Assembly (NCBI GenBank): GCA_021158185.1
Contig: JAGGVC010000104.1
Location: 8,992-72,991, forward strand
DNA from: a bacterium
Lineage (GTDB): Bacteria > 4484-113 > JAGGVC01
Direction: 5' to 3'
DNA length: 64,000 bases
The number at the start of each line of letters is the position of its first letter. Within the stretch, counting starts at the first letter, position 1. The notes under the pieces were generated by a model, which was not told the DNA's origin, did not search any database, and was given only the letters and a program-made list of their open reading frames with translations. Positions 1 to 9,427 of this stretch are shown here, in pieces. Both the position numbers and the translations under genes were made by a program.

Positions 1-1
1 G

Positions 2-2302
2 CTGGTACGCGGTGCCGGTGCCTTTGTCTGCGGTGAGGAGACGGCGCTCATCCGTTCTATTGAGGGCAAGATGGGCGAGCCGAGGCAGCGCCCGCCTTAT
101 CCTGTGCAGAAAGGGATCAACGGAAGGCCAACGGCGATTAACAACGTCGAGACTTGGGCTAACATTCCAGTGATCTTTAAGCAGGGAGCAAAGGCATACG
201 CGGAAACTGGTACGAAAGGGAATTCCGGCACGAAGATCTTCAGTCTGGTAGGCAAAATCAGGAATACCGGCCTTGTAGAAGTCCCGATGGGCATGACGAT
301 CGGCGAGATTGTCTACGATATCGGCGGCGGGCCGATCGGTGATGCCAAGATCAAGGCCGTGCAGACAGGGGGGCCGTCCGGCGGATGTATTCCAGCCAGC
401 AGATTCGACCTTAAGATCGACTATGACAGTCTTGCCGAAGCCGGATCCATTATGGGATCGGGCGGCATGATCGTAATGGACGAGCACACATGCATGGTCG
501 ATCTCGCCAAGTATTTTATGGCGTTTCTGAAGGACGAATCCTGCGGCAAGTGCTTCACATGCCGCAAGGGTACGCAGCGAATGTACGAAATCCTGGATGA
601 TATCAGCAAGGGATTAGGAACACTGGAGCATTTGGATTTGCTTGAAGAGCTAGCCCATGTTGTGCAGGATACTACAATGTGCGGCCTGGGGCAGACGGCT
701 TCCAACCCTGTGTTGTCTACATTGCGCTACTTCCGTGATGAATACGAAGAGCATGTTGTTCAAAAACGGTGTCGGGCCTTCGTGTGCGCAGATCTTGTGG
801 GCGCTCCTTGTCAGGCGGCTTGCCCGGTGGGCACCGAAGCCTGGCGCTACATTGCTCAGATCGCCCATGGTGAGTACAAAGACGCCTACGATACCATCCG
901 CAGGGCGAATCCTTTCCCTTCAGTCTGTGCGCGGGTTTGCAATCATCCCTGTGAAACTCAGTGCCGCAGTGGGTTAGTGGGCAGCGATCCCATTGCCATT
1001 CGGGAATTGAAGCGCTTCATTACCGACAACGTTGACCCATCATCCTTCAAGCCGGCAAGGCAGGAAGACACATGGCAGACCAAACCGAAGGTAGCAGTAA
1101 TCGGCGCAGGCCCTGCGGGACTTGCCGCAGCACACTGCCTTTCACTTGAGGCTTGTGAGGTTACGGTCTTCGAGGCGGAAGCGGAACCAGGAGGGATGCT
1201 GCTGAGCGGTATTCCGTCGTACCGCCTGCCGCGGGATGTTATCAAGAAAGAAATCGAGTCACTGATCGATGAGAACGTCACTGTCAAATGCGGCGTTGCA
1301 CTAGGCACCGACTTCACCGTGGACAGCCTGCTAGATGACGATTACAAGGCAGTCTTCATCGCTCTGGGCGCCCACAAGAGCAAGCCGCTTAAACTTGATG
1401 GCGAGGATTATGATGGTGTTTATCCTGCACTGGAATTCCTCAAGAGATTCAACCGGCTAAATGAGAACCTTGCCAAGGGACGGGTGGGTGTTATAGGCGG
1501 CGGAAACTCGGCAATAGATGCCGCAAGAGTTGCGCTTCGGCAGAAGGATGTTGAAAGCGTAACTCTCCTTTACCGCAGGACCAGGAATGAAATGCCCGCC
1601 ATCAAAGAGGAAATTGATGCTGCCGTTGAAGAAGGCGTAAAGCTCGAAACGCTGGTTACCCCGATGAAAATCGAGGCAACGAGTGAGGGCAGGCTGGCCG
1701 CGGTTCAGTTCATTCGGAACGAACTTGGGGATGTTGACGCAAGTGGCAGGCGCAGTCCGGTTCCTGTTCAGGGAAGCGAGTTCGATATCCCATTAGATAC
1801 GCTTATCGTTGCCATTGGCGATGAACCTGATCTGGAGTGTGTTTCGGCTGCTGAAGTTGAAATTTCAAACTGGGGTACGCTGGTGGTGAACCCTGCTACC
1901 CTTGCTACGAACAAACCTGGCGTGTTTGCAGGTGGTGATGTAGTTACCGGCCCGAATACGGTAATTGACGCTATTGCTGCCGGGAAGAAGGCTGCAGTGA
2001 TGATCTGCCGCTATCTGCGCGGTGAGGTACTTGAGCAGCCCGCGCAGGTGAATTTGCCCGATTTCTATATCGAACCGATTGAGCTAAGTGATGAGGAAAT
2101 CGAGAAAGCCAGTCGTGCAGAGTCCCCGACGATTTCGATTGATAGACGAAAGACCGGCTTCGATGAAGTTGAACAGACGCTTCCCGAGGAAGCAGCGATC
2201 TGCGAAGCCCGGCGATGCCTGAGATGCGATCTGGATTTCACACGCCCGCCGGAACCGGCAGAAGAAATCAGCGTACCTGTTGAAGAGGGGCAATCTATAT
2301 GA
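2..2302 (+). CDS. Partial gene whose 5' end lies upstream of the window. It encodes the C-terminal NADH-binding/4Fe-4S region of a NuoF/HoxF-like (51 kDa) subunit fused to a glutamate-synthase-small-subunit-like (GltD/NfnB-type) FAD/NAD(P)H oxidoreductase domain.
   Basis: The reading frame is open from nt 2 and encodes AGAFVCGEETALIRSIEGKMGEP, the NuoF soluble-ligand motif. The NuoF 4Fe-4S motif ESCGKCFTCRKG follows. The GltD N-terminal Fe-S region is present (CQAACPVGTE...CARVCNHPCETQCR), then a Rossmann FAD motif KVAVIGAGPAGLAAA and a second nucleotide fold VGVIGGGNSAIDAA. Confidence 0.8.
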   Translation: MVRGAGAFVCGEETALIRSIEGKMGEPRQRPPYPVQKGINGRPTAINNVETWANIPVIFKQGAKAYAETGTKGNSGTKIFSLVGKIRNTGLVEVPMGMTIGEIVYDIGGGPIGDAKIKAVQTGGPSGGCIPASRFDLKIDYDSLAEAGSIMGSGGMIVMDEHTCMVDLAKYFMAFLKDESCGKCFTCRKGTQRMYEILDDISKGLGTLEHLDLLEELAHVVQDTTMCGLGQTASNPVLSTLRYFRDEYEEHVVQKRCRAFVCADLVGAPCQAACPVGTEAWRYIAQIAHGEYKDAYDTIRRANPFPSVCARVCNHPCETQCRSGLVGSDPIAIRELKRFITDNVDPSSFKPARQEDTWQTKPKVAVIGAGPAGLAAAHCLSLEACEVTVFEAEAEPGGMLLSGIPSYRLPRDVIKKEIESLIDENVTVKCGVALGTDFTVDSLLDDDYKAVFIALGAHKSKPLKLDGEDYDGVYPALEFLKRFNRLNENLAKGRVGVIGGGNSAIDAARVALRQKDVESVTLLYRRTRNEMPAIKEEIDAAVEEGVKLETLVTPMKIEATSEGRLAAVQFIRNELGDVDASGRRSPVPVQGSEFDIPLDTLIVAIGDEPDLECVSAAEVEISNWGTLVVNPATLATNKPGVFAGGDVVTGPNTVIDAIAAGKKAAVMICRYLRGEVLEQPAQVNLPDFYIEPIELSDEEIEKASRAESPTISIDRRKTGFDEVEQTLPEEAAICEARRCLRCDLDFTRPPEPAEEISVPVEEGQSI

Positions 2303-2976
2303 TCAACCTAACAATAAACGGCTTGCCGGTCTCGGTGGAGGAAGGATCCACGCTGCTGGAAGCCGCCCAATTCCTGGGATTCCCAATCCCGACGCTCTGC
2401 CACATGGAGGGTTTGACGCCCTACGGCGCGTGCCGGCTGTGCGTGGTTGAAATTGGCGAGGGGAAAAGATCCAAGCTCGTTACATCCTGCACTTATCCCG
2501 CTGAGGAGGGGCTTAAGGTACGCACCGCATCAGCACGCGTAGTCCGTGCTCGTAAAATGATTATTGAGCTGCTTCTCGCATCTTGCCCGCAGTCGAAGAC
2601 GATCCAGGACATCGCCGCGGCGCATGATGTACGGCAGCAGCGCTTCAAGCAGGAGTATGAGGACTGCATTCTCTGCGGTCTGTGTGTCCGAATGTGCGAG
2701 GAGCAGATGATGGCCAAGGCCATCGGTTTCAGAGGCAGGGGAGAAAAGCGGAGCATCGGCACGCCGTTCGATGTCAAATCAGATGCGTGCCGGTTCTGCG
2801 GCGGTTGCATGTATGTCTGCCCTGTAGTCGAGCTGCGGTGTACTTACAACGAGCCTGAGAAAGCGATCTGCGGTGCCTGCGCGAACCTTAGCCCACCGTG
2901 CTTGGAGAAGGAACAATTCGACGACATGATGTGCTACATGGATCCCTGTGTAGCGTGTGAGATCAAGACTGACTGA
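2299..2976 (+). CDS. Ferredoxin-like Fe-S protein with an N-terminal 2Fe-2S domain and two 4Fe-4S motifs, resembling the N-terminal electron-transfer segment of NuoG/HndD/FdhA.
   Basis: The start overlaps the upstream stop by 4 nt (ATGA), which suggests translational coupling. Cys pattern: C-x-HMEGLTPYGAC-x2-C...SC, then CILCGLCVRMC and CRFCGGCMYVCP. Confidence 0.7.
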   Translation: MINLTINGLPVSVEEGSTLLEAAQFLGFPIPTLCHMEGLTPYGACRLCVVEIGEGKRSKLVTSCTYPAEEGLKVRTASARVVRARKMIIELLLASCPQSKTIQDIAAAHDVRQQRFKQEYEDCILCGLCVRMCEEQMMAKAIGFRGRGEKRSIGTPFDVKSDACRFCGGCMYVCPVVELRCTYNEPEKAICGACANLSPPCLEKEQFDDMMCYMDPCVACEIKTD

Positions 2977-2994
2977 TTGTTTGGAGGATCTGTA

Positions 2995-4584
2995 ATGAGG
3001 AACACATTGACGCGCCTGAATACGTCGGCGGCGACGCTGACGAAGAACCGTACCGAAGGATCGGTTTCGCCCATATCCGGTATGTGCGTTACCTGCGTTG
3101 ACGGATGCATCGGCATGTGCGAGATCGGCAAATCAGCCTACCGTGGTCATGAGGTGATTTACCCACAGCCGTTCGGTGTAATCACCACAGCATCGGAGAA
3201 GATCTACCCGGTCGATTATTCGCACTTCAACATCATGGGAACCGCTGTAGGTGCGCACGGAATTGAAGCGGACAGCGACATAGCCATTTTCCCGAATGTA
3301 AACCTGGAAGTGCGATTCGGTCATGATAATGGTATCAAGTTCAAATTGCCGATTATGATCCCAGGCATCGGTTCCACCAATGTAGCTAAGAATAACTGGG
3401 AAGGCCTTGCAATCGGCTCTGCCCTGGCAGGTACCGGCTTGACAATTGGTGAGAACGTGGTGGGCATGGACACTGAATCCGTCATTAAGAATGGCCGCGT
3501 TGTTGATACCGTGGACCTTAAGCGCCGCGTGAAGCTGTTCCAAGACTACCAGCGCGACGGCTACGGTGCGACAATCGTGCAGGCCAACATCGAGGACACG
3601 CGTTTGGGCGTCCAGGAATACGCCATTGAGAAGCTAGGCATCGATATCGTCGAGCTCAAGTGGGGCCAGGGTGCCAAGGACATCGGCGGCGAGGTCAAGA
3701 TCAAGGATTTGAAGAAGGCTCAGCTTCTCTACAATCGTGGATATGTAGTGATGCCGAATCCAACGGACGAGCATGTGATCAAGGCGTTTGAGCGCGGCGC
3801 ATTCAAGGAATTCGAACGCCACTCCCGCGTTGGTATGGTGACAGAAGAGGGCTTTGCCCAGCGGGTGGAAGAACTGCGCAAAGCCGGCGCGAAATATATA
3901 TTTCTCAAGACGGGTGCCTACCGTCCGGCAGACCTGGCACGAGCGATCTACTTTTCATCAAAATACGGTGTTGACCTGCTAACAGTTGATGGCGCTGGCG
4001 GCGGAACTGGAATGAGCCCCTGGCGAATGATGAATGAGTGGGGAGTGCCCACCGTCGAGCTGCACTCACTGCTTTACCAGTACGCCAAGCGACTGTCCGA
4101 TAAAGGAGCGAAAATACCTGCCCTAGCCGTTGCCGGTGGATTCACATTCGAAGACCAGATTTTCAAGGGGCTTGCTATGGGCGCTCCCTTCGTAAAGCTC
4201 ATCGGCATGGCTCGCGGCCCGATTGCGGCAGCGATGGTTGGCAAGACAATTGGTCGCACCATAGATGAGAACCAACTGCCGGTTTACGTCGAACGTTTCG
4301 GGAACAATAAAGACGAGATTTTTGTTACAGCTGCCGAGTTGCGCAAGGAGCTGGGTGACGAGGAATTCGAGAGGCTCCCAACCGGCGCCCTTGGACTATA
4401 CACATACTATGAGCGCCTTGCAATGGGCTTGCGCCAAATGATGAGTGGCAGCCGCAAGTTTGCACTGGAACACATCTCGCGTGATGATCTGGCCGCGCTT
4501 ACGCCTGAAGCTGCCAAGATCAGCGGAATTCCATTTATCACGGATGTTGACCAGAAAGAGGTGGATTCCATTCTGGCCGGATAA
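2995..4584 (+). CDS. Standalone protein of the glutamate-synthase domain-2 family (GltB FMN-binding domain, Glu_synthase superfamily) with an N-terminal Cys cluster.
   Basis: The track ORF starts at a TTG at 2977. I prefer the ATG at 2995 because a GGAGGA Shine-Dalgarno sits 6 nt upstream. The sequence has an N-terminal CVTCVDGCIGMC cluster, then GltB-domain-2-like stretches (PIMIPGIGS, GENVVGMD, LLTVDGAGGGTGMSPW, a glycine-rich FMN/phosphate loop). Confidence 0.75.
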   Translation: MRNTLTRLNTSAATLTKNRTEGSVSPISGMCVTCVDGCIGMCEIGKSAYRGHEVIYPQPFGVITTASEKIYPVDYSHFNIMGTAVGAHGIEADSDIAIFPNVNLEVRFGHDNGIKFKLPIMIPGIGSTNVAKNNWEGLAIGSALAGTGLTIGENVVGMDTESVIKNGRVVDTVDLKRRVKLFQDYQRDGYGATIVQANIEDTRLGVQEYAIEKLGIDIVELKWGQGAKDIGGEVKIKDLKKAQLLYNRGYVVMPNPTDEHVIKAFERGAFKEFERHSRVGMVTEEGFAQRVEELRKAGAKYIFLKTGAYRPADLARAIYFSSKYGVDLLTVDGAGGGTGMSPWRMMNEWGVPTVELHSLLYQYAKRLSDKGAKIPALAVAGGFTFEDQIFKGLAMGAPFVKLIGMARGPIAAAMVGKTIGRTIDENQLPVYVERFGNNKDEIFVTAAELRKELGDEEFERLPTGALGLYTYYERLAMGLRQMMSGSRKFALEHISRDDLAALTPEAAKISGIPFITDVDQKEVDSILAG

Positions 4585-4591
4585 CAGACCA

Positions 4592-4612
4592 AGCTTCGTT
4601 ATATAAGAAGCT
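4592..4612 (+). terminator. Weak hairpin after the GltB-like gene. It is a possible terminator but lacks a U-tract.
   Basis: AGCTTC-gttatataa-GAAGCT, a 6-bp perfect stem with a 9-nt AT loop, lying 8 nt after the stop at 4584. Confidence 0.2.
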
Positions 4613-4703
4613 GCAATGTGTATGCGACGGTTGTTCGCCGGAGCCAGCCGCCGGATGGATAGAGAGAGATACGCCGGGCTGGAATGCGGGCGCAGGAAGC
4701 CGG

Positions 4704-7085
4704 ATGATTCCCGATAGAAATTTCCCTGCTATACTCGCTCCTGTGGGTTACTGGCCTTTTATCACTGTTGGCGGGAAGTACGGGACAAGTATAATCATCA
4801 GGGGCAACCTAAAAGCCCTTCCTCAATTTGCCCAGGGAATCATTCACAGGTATTTCAACCGGTGGCGCTCGCTTTACGATCCTACAAGCTTTCCCGACCT
4901 GTTGACCGAGCTAAGAGGCCTTAAACCCGCGATCAAGGTTGATAATGCGGCGGTCGAGCGCTACAACAAGTACATCGAAATACACACGATCGTTTTATCT
5001 GCTTCCGAGAGTGAAGCGAAAGAGGGGCGAAATAGCGGGATAGCGCAAGTAATGGCCAGCAAAAAAGGTGACAGGACGACTCCGCGGCTGGGTGCGATAC
5101 TGCGCGCGTTCTGCGACGAGAACGGCATTCTGCGTGAACCAGCAAGAGTCTGGGAGATGGCCGAGCGCATTCGGGAAGAGGACGGACTCGTGGAGTACGA
5201 TGCAAGGTTCACTTCCGCATTCAGGAAACTTGCGGTAGAAACTGTTGTGTTTCTTCCATCGGTATACTTCAAATATCAAATTGAAGTTGGATATCACCCG
5301 AAAATCCTCAAGCCGAAATTTCTGGAGATATTGAATCCCCACCTCGAAAAATGGCCATTTATCGAGCGGGGCGGCAGGCAGTCCGCGCGCTGGCTGCTCA
5401 AGTCGGCGGCGGCGGTTACCGAACTTGCGGGGAATCTCAGGCAGGCTGGCTGCAATGTTTACCTTTATTACGAGGCATGGGGAAACGTACGCCGGGAATT
5501 CCTGCTTGCAGGCGAAGCGCCTCCCGATGCTCCTGTTCCAACTGTTAAGCCCGTTCGGGTAAGCGATTCGGATTATGGTAAGCGCGCGTATTCAACAAAG
5601 GCAATCATGGAAGATGATTTGAGCGCCTGCACATCGGCGACGCTTTATCCGTTCCAGCAAATCGGAGTGAGGCATCTTGTTCATACGGGGCAGGCGATGC
5701 TGGCGGACGATATGGGGCTTGGCAAAAGCGTGCAGGCAATCGCTGCCATACGCTTACTTGCGGAAAGAGAAAGGCTGTATCGTGCGCTTATCATCTGTCC
5801 GGCGTCGCTCAAGTACCAGTGGAAAAACGAAATCGAGCGGTTCACGGATCTTTCACCCACGGTCGTCGAAGGCGACAAGGATACGCGGGTGGCTCTCTAT
5901 CGCCATCAGGCGCAGCACAGGTACGAGCTAGAAAGATGGCCGATGAAGAAGTTACCGCAAGTCTTCATCGTCAACTACGAGCTTTCCTTTCGGGACGAGA
6001 AAGGCCTGCGTGAGCTTAAGCCAGATGCGATTATTCTCGATGAGGCGCAACGAATAAAAAACTGGCAGAGCAAGACGCACCAGGCAATCGTGAATCTACC
6101 TGCCAGGTTCAGGTTCGTACTCTCAGGTACGCCGCTCGAAAACGAGCTTATGGAGCTTTTCAATGTGCTTCAATTTGTAGACAAGGGCGTACTCGGTGCA
6201 AATCCTATAGAAGCACGAAAACGGTATACGGTATTCGATAAATTCGGTGGAATTGACGGCTACCAGAATCTCCGAGAAGCGAGCCGCAGGATCAGCGGTG
6301 TGAGCCTCAGACGTACGCGAGAGGAAGCGCTGGAAGAACTGCCGGAGCTTATCGAAAGCCACTACTGGCTCGAACTGGAAACTGACCAGCGAAAGATCTA
6401 CAACGATCTCGAAGAACGCGCGCGCGATTACCTTTCGGTGAAGGAATGGGATCGTGTTGCATACGATAACGCACTCACAACGGTGCAGCGCCTTCGAGAA
6501 GTCTGCGATACTCCGGAAATGCTGTTTCCGGAGCACAAGCAGAGCGCGAAGCTCAAGGAGCTCAAAGTAATCCTCGGCGAACAGGTGGGCGAAATGCGAA
6601 GGCAGGCGATAGTGTTCACACAATGGACGCGTATGGCCGAGATTCTCGAACGCGAGCTTACGAGCTGGGGGCTTACCTATCGATACATGCACGGTGGTTT
6701 GAATGCAAAAACGCGCACACAAATCTGTGAAGAGTTTAACCAGGGCGATGCAGATATTTTCCTTTCGACCGATGCGGGCAGCGCTGGCATAAACCTGCAG
6801 GCGGCAAGCATCGTAGTCAATTTCGATCTACCGTTCAACCCCGCGATCGTGGATCAGCGCGTGGCGCGCGCGCATCGCCACGGTCAGAAATCGAGCGTGA
6901 ACGCTTGGCATCTCGTCGTCCGAGGTACGATCGAGGAGAATCTTGTCAGGATTCTCAGAAGGCGCAGGACGCTCTTCCAGGATATTTTCAGCGAAGTTGG
7001 CGACGGAACTGCTCATTTGTCTGCATCAAGCAAGGGAAAAACATTCCTGATTGAGCTTCTCGGCAAGAGGGTACCCGCGCTTTAG
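4704..7085 (+). CDS. SNF2/SWI2-family DNA-dependent ATPase/helicase with a roughly 310-aa N-terminal domain of unknown function.
   Basis: Helicase motif I LADDMGLGKS, motif II DEAQRIKN, motif III LSGTPLEN, and C-terminal helicase motifs (FLSTDAGSAGINLQ, QRVARAHRHGQ). The N-terminal 310 aa show no motif I recognise. Confidence 0.85.
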   Translation: MIPDRNFPAILAPVGYWPFITVGGKYGTSIIIRGNLKALPQFAQGIIHRYFNRWRSLYDPTSFPDLLTELRGLKPAIKVDNAAVERYNKYIEIHTIVLSASESEAKEGRNSGIAQVMASKKGDRTTPRLGAILRAFCDENGILREPARVWEMAERIREEDGLVEYDARFTSAFRKLAVETVVFLPSVYFKYQIEVGYHPKILKPKFLEILNPHLEKWPFIERGGRQSARWLLKSAAAVTELAGNLRQAGCNVYLYYEAWGNVRREFLLAGEAPPDAPVPTVKPVRVSDSDYGKRAYSTKAIMEDDLSACTSATLYPFQQIGVRHLVHTGQAMLADDMGLGKSVQAIAAIRLLAERERLYRALIICPASLKYQWKNEIERFTDLSPTVVEGDKDTRVALYRHQAQHRYELERWPMKKLPQVFIVNYELSFRDEKGLRELKPDAIILDEAQRIKNWQSKTHQAIVNLPARFRFVLSGTPLENELMELFNVLQFVDKGVLGANPIEARKRYTVFDKFGGIDGYQNLREASRRISGVSLRRTREEALEELPELIESHYWLELETDQRKIYNDLEERARDYLSVKEWDRVAYDNALTTVQRLREVCDTPEMLFPEHKQSAKLKELKVILGEQVGEMRRQAIVFTQWTRMAEILERELTSWGLTYRYMHGGLNAKTRTQICEEFNQGDADIFLSTDAGSAGINLQAASIVVNFDLPFNPAIVDQRVARAHRHGQKSSVNAWHLVVRGTIEENLVRILRRRRTLFQDIFSEVGDGTAHLSASSKGKTFLIELLGKRVPAL

Positions 7086-7158
7086 GTAAACAGCACTTTC
7101 CTGAGTAGCGGCTTGTTCATTGAGCAAGTGATTAACTCCTGAAGCGTTGAACAATGAG

Positions 7159-9222
7159 CTAACCTGCGGTTACATTGATTGTACGCGCAACGGTGCTGCG
7201 GCTGTCGGATACCTGGAAGTTGACTCTGTATGTTCCAGGCGTGTCATAGGTGTGAACAGGATTCTGTCCGTTGGAATCGAACTTCCAGTCGCCGTTGAAA
7301 TCCCAGTAGAACACCGGATTTATTACATCCGCATTCATAACCTCAGCCTTGAAGATAAACTGCAAGGGATTTTTCGGATTGTGCTGGGCGGAAATTGTAG
7401 CGGTGAAAGGGCTCATAATCGAAAATGTTCGTGCTTCAATCCGCTCCTGGCCTGCTGCATCCTTGAACGCGATCGTTACGGGATAATTACCTACTTCCTC
7501 GTAGATGTGGCTGAAGACGCCCGTTCCAAATTGTGAGAATCCTGCAGGGCCTGGCGGGAAGCTTGTGCCGTCGCCCCATTCTATGCGCACAGTATAAGGC
7601 TTTGTTCCTCCGTTGACCGTTGTGTAGACATAAATGCTTGTATAAACAGTTCCGTTTTTGCCCTGGTCAGGATTCGTTATTACCTGAGCTATTCTGAGCG
7701 GTCGCGGTACATTGACCTGTGCATATGCCCGAACTGCTGCAAGGTTGATGTTCAGCCGTCCCGGCCCGACGAGAGGATCGGACACACCGAGATCGCCCCA
7801 GGTGTCGACTGCGCCGAGCATTATTTCACGAACTGCGTCTATCTGAAAGAGCTGCTCGCCCATCGCATCGGCGACGAGGGCACCTGCACCTGCTGCAAGA
7901 GCTGCGCTCATTGCCGTGCCGTTAGCATAGACGTAACCGGTGATGGGTGGGTTTGCTTCAGGGTCCTCCGGTCGTGAATCTGTAGTGATCAGCGCAAAGC
8001 CAGGCGTTGCGAAATCGATGGTTCCGCCTTCTGCATCGAAGTTGGATGTAAACAGGCGAATTGTCGTTGGAAGGTGCAGACCGCCGACTGCAATAACGTT
8101 TTCGCGCGCGCTGTTTGCGGGGTAAATTGTTGATGCGTCTACCGGAGTTTCACCGTCGCCGGCAGGAACAACGACGAGCGTGTCATTTGTCTCGCAGTAC
8201 GTTAGCGCACCTTCAATTACCGGTTCATCAGCGGGGATCGAAACTACAGCAACAGGCAAGAGAACCACACTTACGTCGATATCCGCTGCATATCGCAGGG
8301 CCGCGTTGATTTCCAGGTCATTCATAGCCCAAGTCGGAGCCGAAATGTTCTCGATGTGACCGGTCTTGAGGATTACAAGCTCGCATTCGGGCGCTATACC
8401 CGCGAGTCCCAGTTCGTTGTTGATGTTAGCCGCAACGATGCCTGCAAGGTACGTTCCTATGGCACCGGTTACGATGTAGGATTCATCTGAAATATCCGCG
8501 CCTTCAACGACATCACCATTATCTTCGGAGAAGCTTTTCGAAAGCCCGCTTATCCTTCCAGCGAGATCGGGATGTGCTTCGTATACACCGCTCGAAATTA
8601 TCGCTACTTTGATGCCCGTTCCGCGTGCGATATCCCACGCGCCTTCTGCGCTGACGGGCTCGAGCGTCGTCTTCTGATAGGGGATCAGCGTGGGAGGTTC
8701 GGTCGTATCGTCGGTTTCCGCTTCTACATAAAAAGGGTCGTCGGGAAGGAAACTCGGTGATCTCGCGGGTGATGTAGTGACCGAAAGCGCGGGGTAGGTC
8801 TTTCTAGGTGATACGAAATAAACGCCTTCAAGCAATTCAGCGGCGAGAATGTGCGCCTGTTCGTTCGTTGTAATTTCAACCAGGCTTGCAGGTGGCAACA
8901 CGTTATCCGGATTTTCTGATGATGGCGTTGCGTCTGCATCTACAAGTTCGGCTTCGATATTCCTCTGCTCCGCCCACGAAAATAATGTGTCGGGGCTTGA
9001 AGTGAAGGCGAGATAGCGACCGGGAATGGGCTGTGGCTTAAGCGACGCATCCGGGAACCCGGATGGAATTTGCGTATTTGCGGGGAAATCGGGTGAAGCG
9101 CTGCCGTTGTAAGGCGGTTGGCTTGGTGGCGATGTGTATTTGGCTGGTGCATGACCGCAGGAAAGAGCGAAAATGATTATTGCGGCAAGTATGAAGGCAA
9201 TCGCCTTTGAGTTCGAGCACAT
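7159..9222 (-). CDS. Subtilase (peptidase S8)-like lipoprotein with every catalytic residue substituted, so it is predicted to be a pseudo-protease. It carries C-terminal PKD-like domains.
   Basis: The track ORF extends to 9303. I prefer the Met at 9222, which gives a signal peptide MCSNSKAIAFILAAIIIFALSCG with a lipobox Cys. The S8 fold motifs are recognisable but altered: VAIISSGV (the D of the DTG motif becomes S), IGTYLAG (catalytic H becomes I), PAGDGE (oxyanion N becomes D), GTAMSAA (catalytic S becomes A). The C-terminal WGDGT and WDFNGDW motifs are typical of PKD domains. Confidence 0.7.
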   Translation of the reverse strand: MCSNSKAIAFILAAIIIFALSCGHAPAKYTSPPSQPPYNGSASPDFPANTQIPSGFPDASLKPQPIPGRYLAFTSSPDTLFSWAEQRNIEAELVDADATPSSENPDNVLPPASLVEITTNEQAHILAAELLEGVYFVSPRKTYPALSVTTSPARSPSFLPDDPFYVEAETDDTTEPPTLIPYQKTTLEPVSAEGAWDIARGTGIKVAIISSGVYEAHPDLAGRISGLSKSFSEDNGDVVEGADISDESYIVTGAIGTYLAGIVAANINNELGLAGIAPECELVILKTGHIENISAPTWAMNDLEINAALRYAADIDVSVVLLPVAVVSIPADEPVIEGALTYCETNDTLVVVPAGDGETPVDASTIYPANSARENVIAVGGLHLPTTIRLFTSNFDAEGGTIDFATPGFALITTDSRPEDPEANPPITGYVYANGTAMSAALAAGAGALVADAMGEQLFQIDAVREIMLGAVDTWGDLGVSDPLVGPGRLNINLAAVRAYAQVNVPRPLRIAQVITNPDQGKNGTVYTSIYVYTTVNGGTKPYTVRIEWGDGTSFPPGPAGFSQFGTGVFSHIYEEVGNYPVTIAFKDAAGQERIEARTFSIMSPFTATISAQHNPKNPLQFIFKAEVMNADVINPVFYWDFNGDWKFDSNGQNPVHTYDTPGTYRVNFQVSDSRSTVARTINVTAG

Positions 9223-9427
9223 CTTTTCGGTCTGTGCCATTTCCATTCGTCTACACACTTTGAGAAGCGGAAAAGCCATAAACACGTGAAAATTATACCC
9301 CATTCAGGCTCGGCAGACAGGAAACATGGGCGTTTCAACAAGGCGGATTGTGCAAAAACGCGCTGCAATGGTGGAATATCGCTGCGAATGAAATATAATC
9401 AGTGCAGCTTTGTCGAGGTGGGAACGA

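Noticed and set aside
6123-6722. A 199-aa minus-strand ORF inside the SNF2 helicase gene, and similar antisense ORFs (48331..49215 inside ligA; 9286..9750 over ndk; 37627..38337 inside rimO).
   Set aside because: They are antisense to genes with strong homology signals, have skewed Arg/Ser/Cys-rich composition, and are not independently supported.
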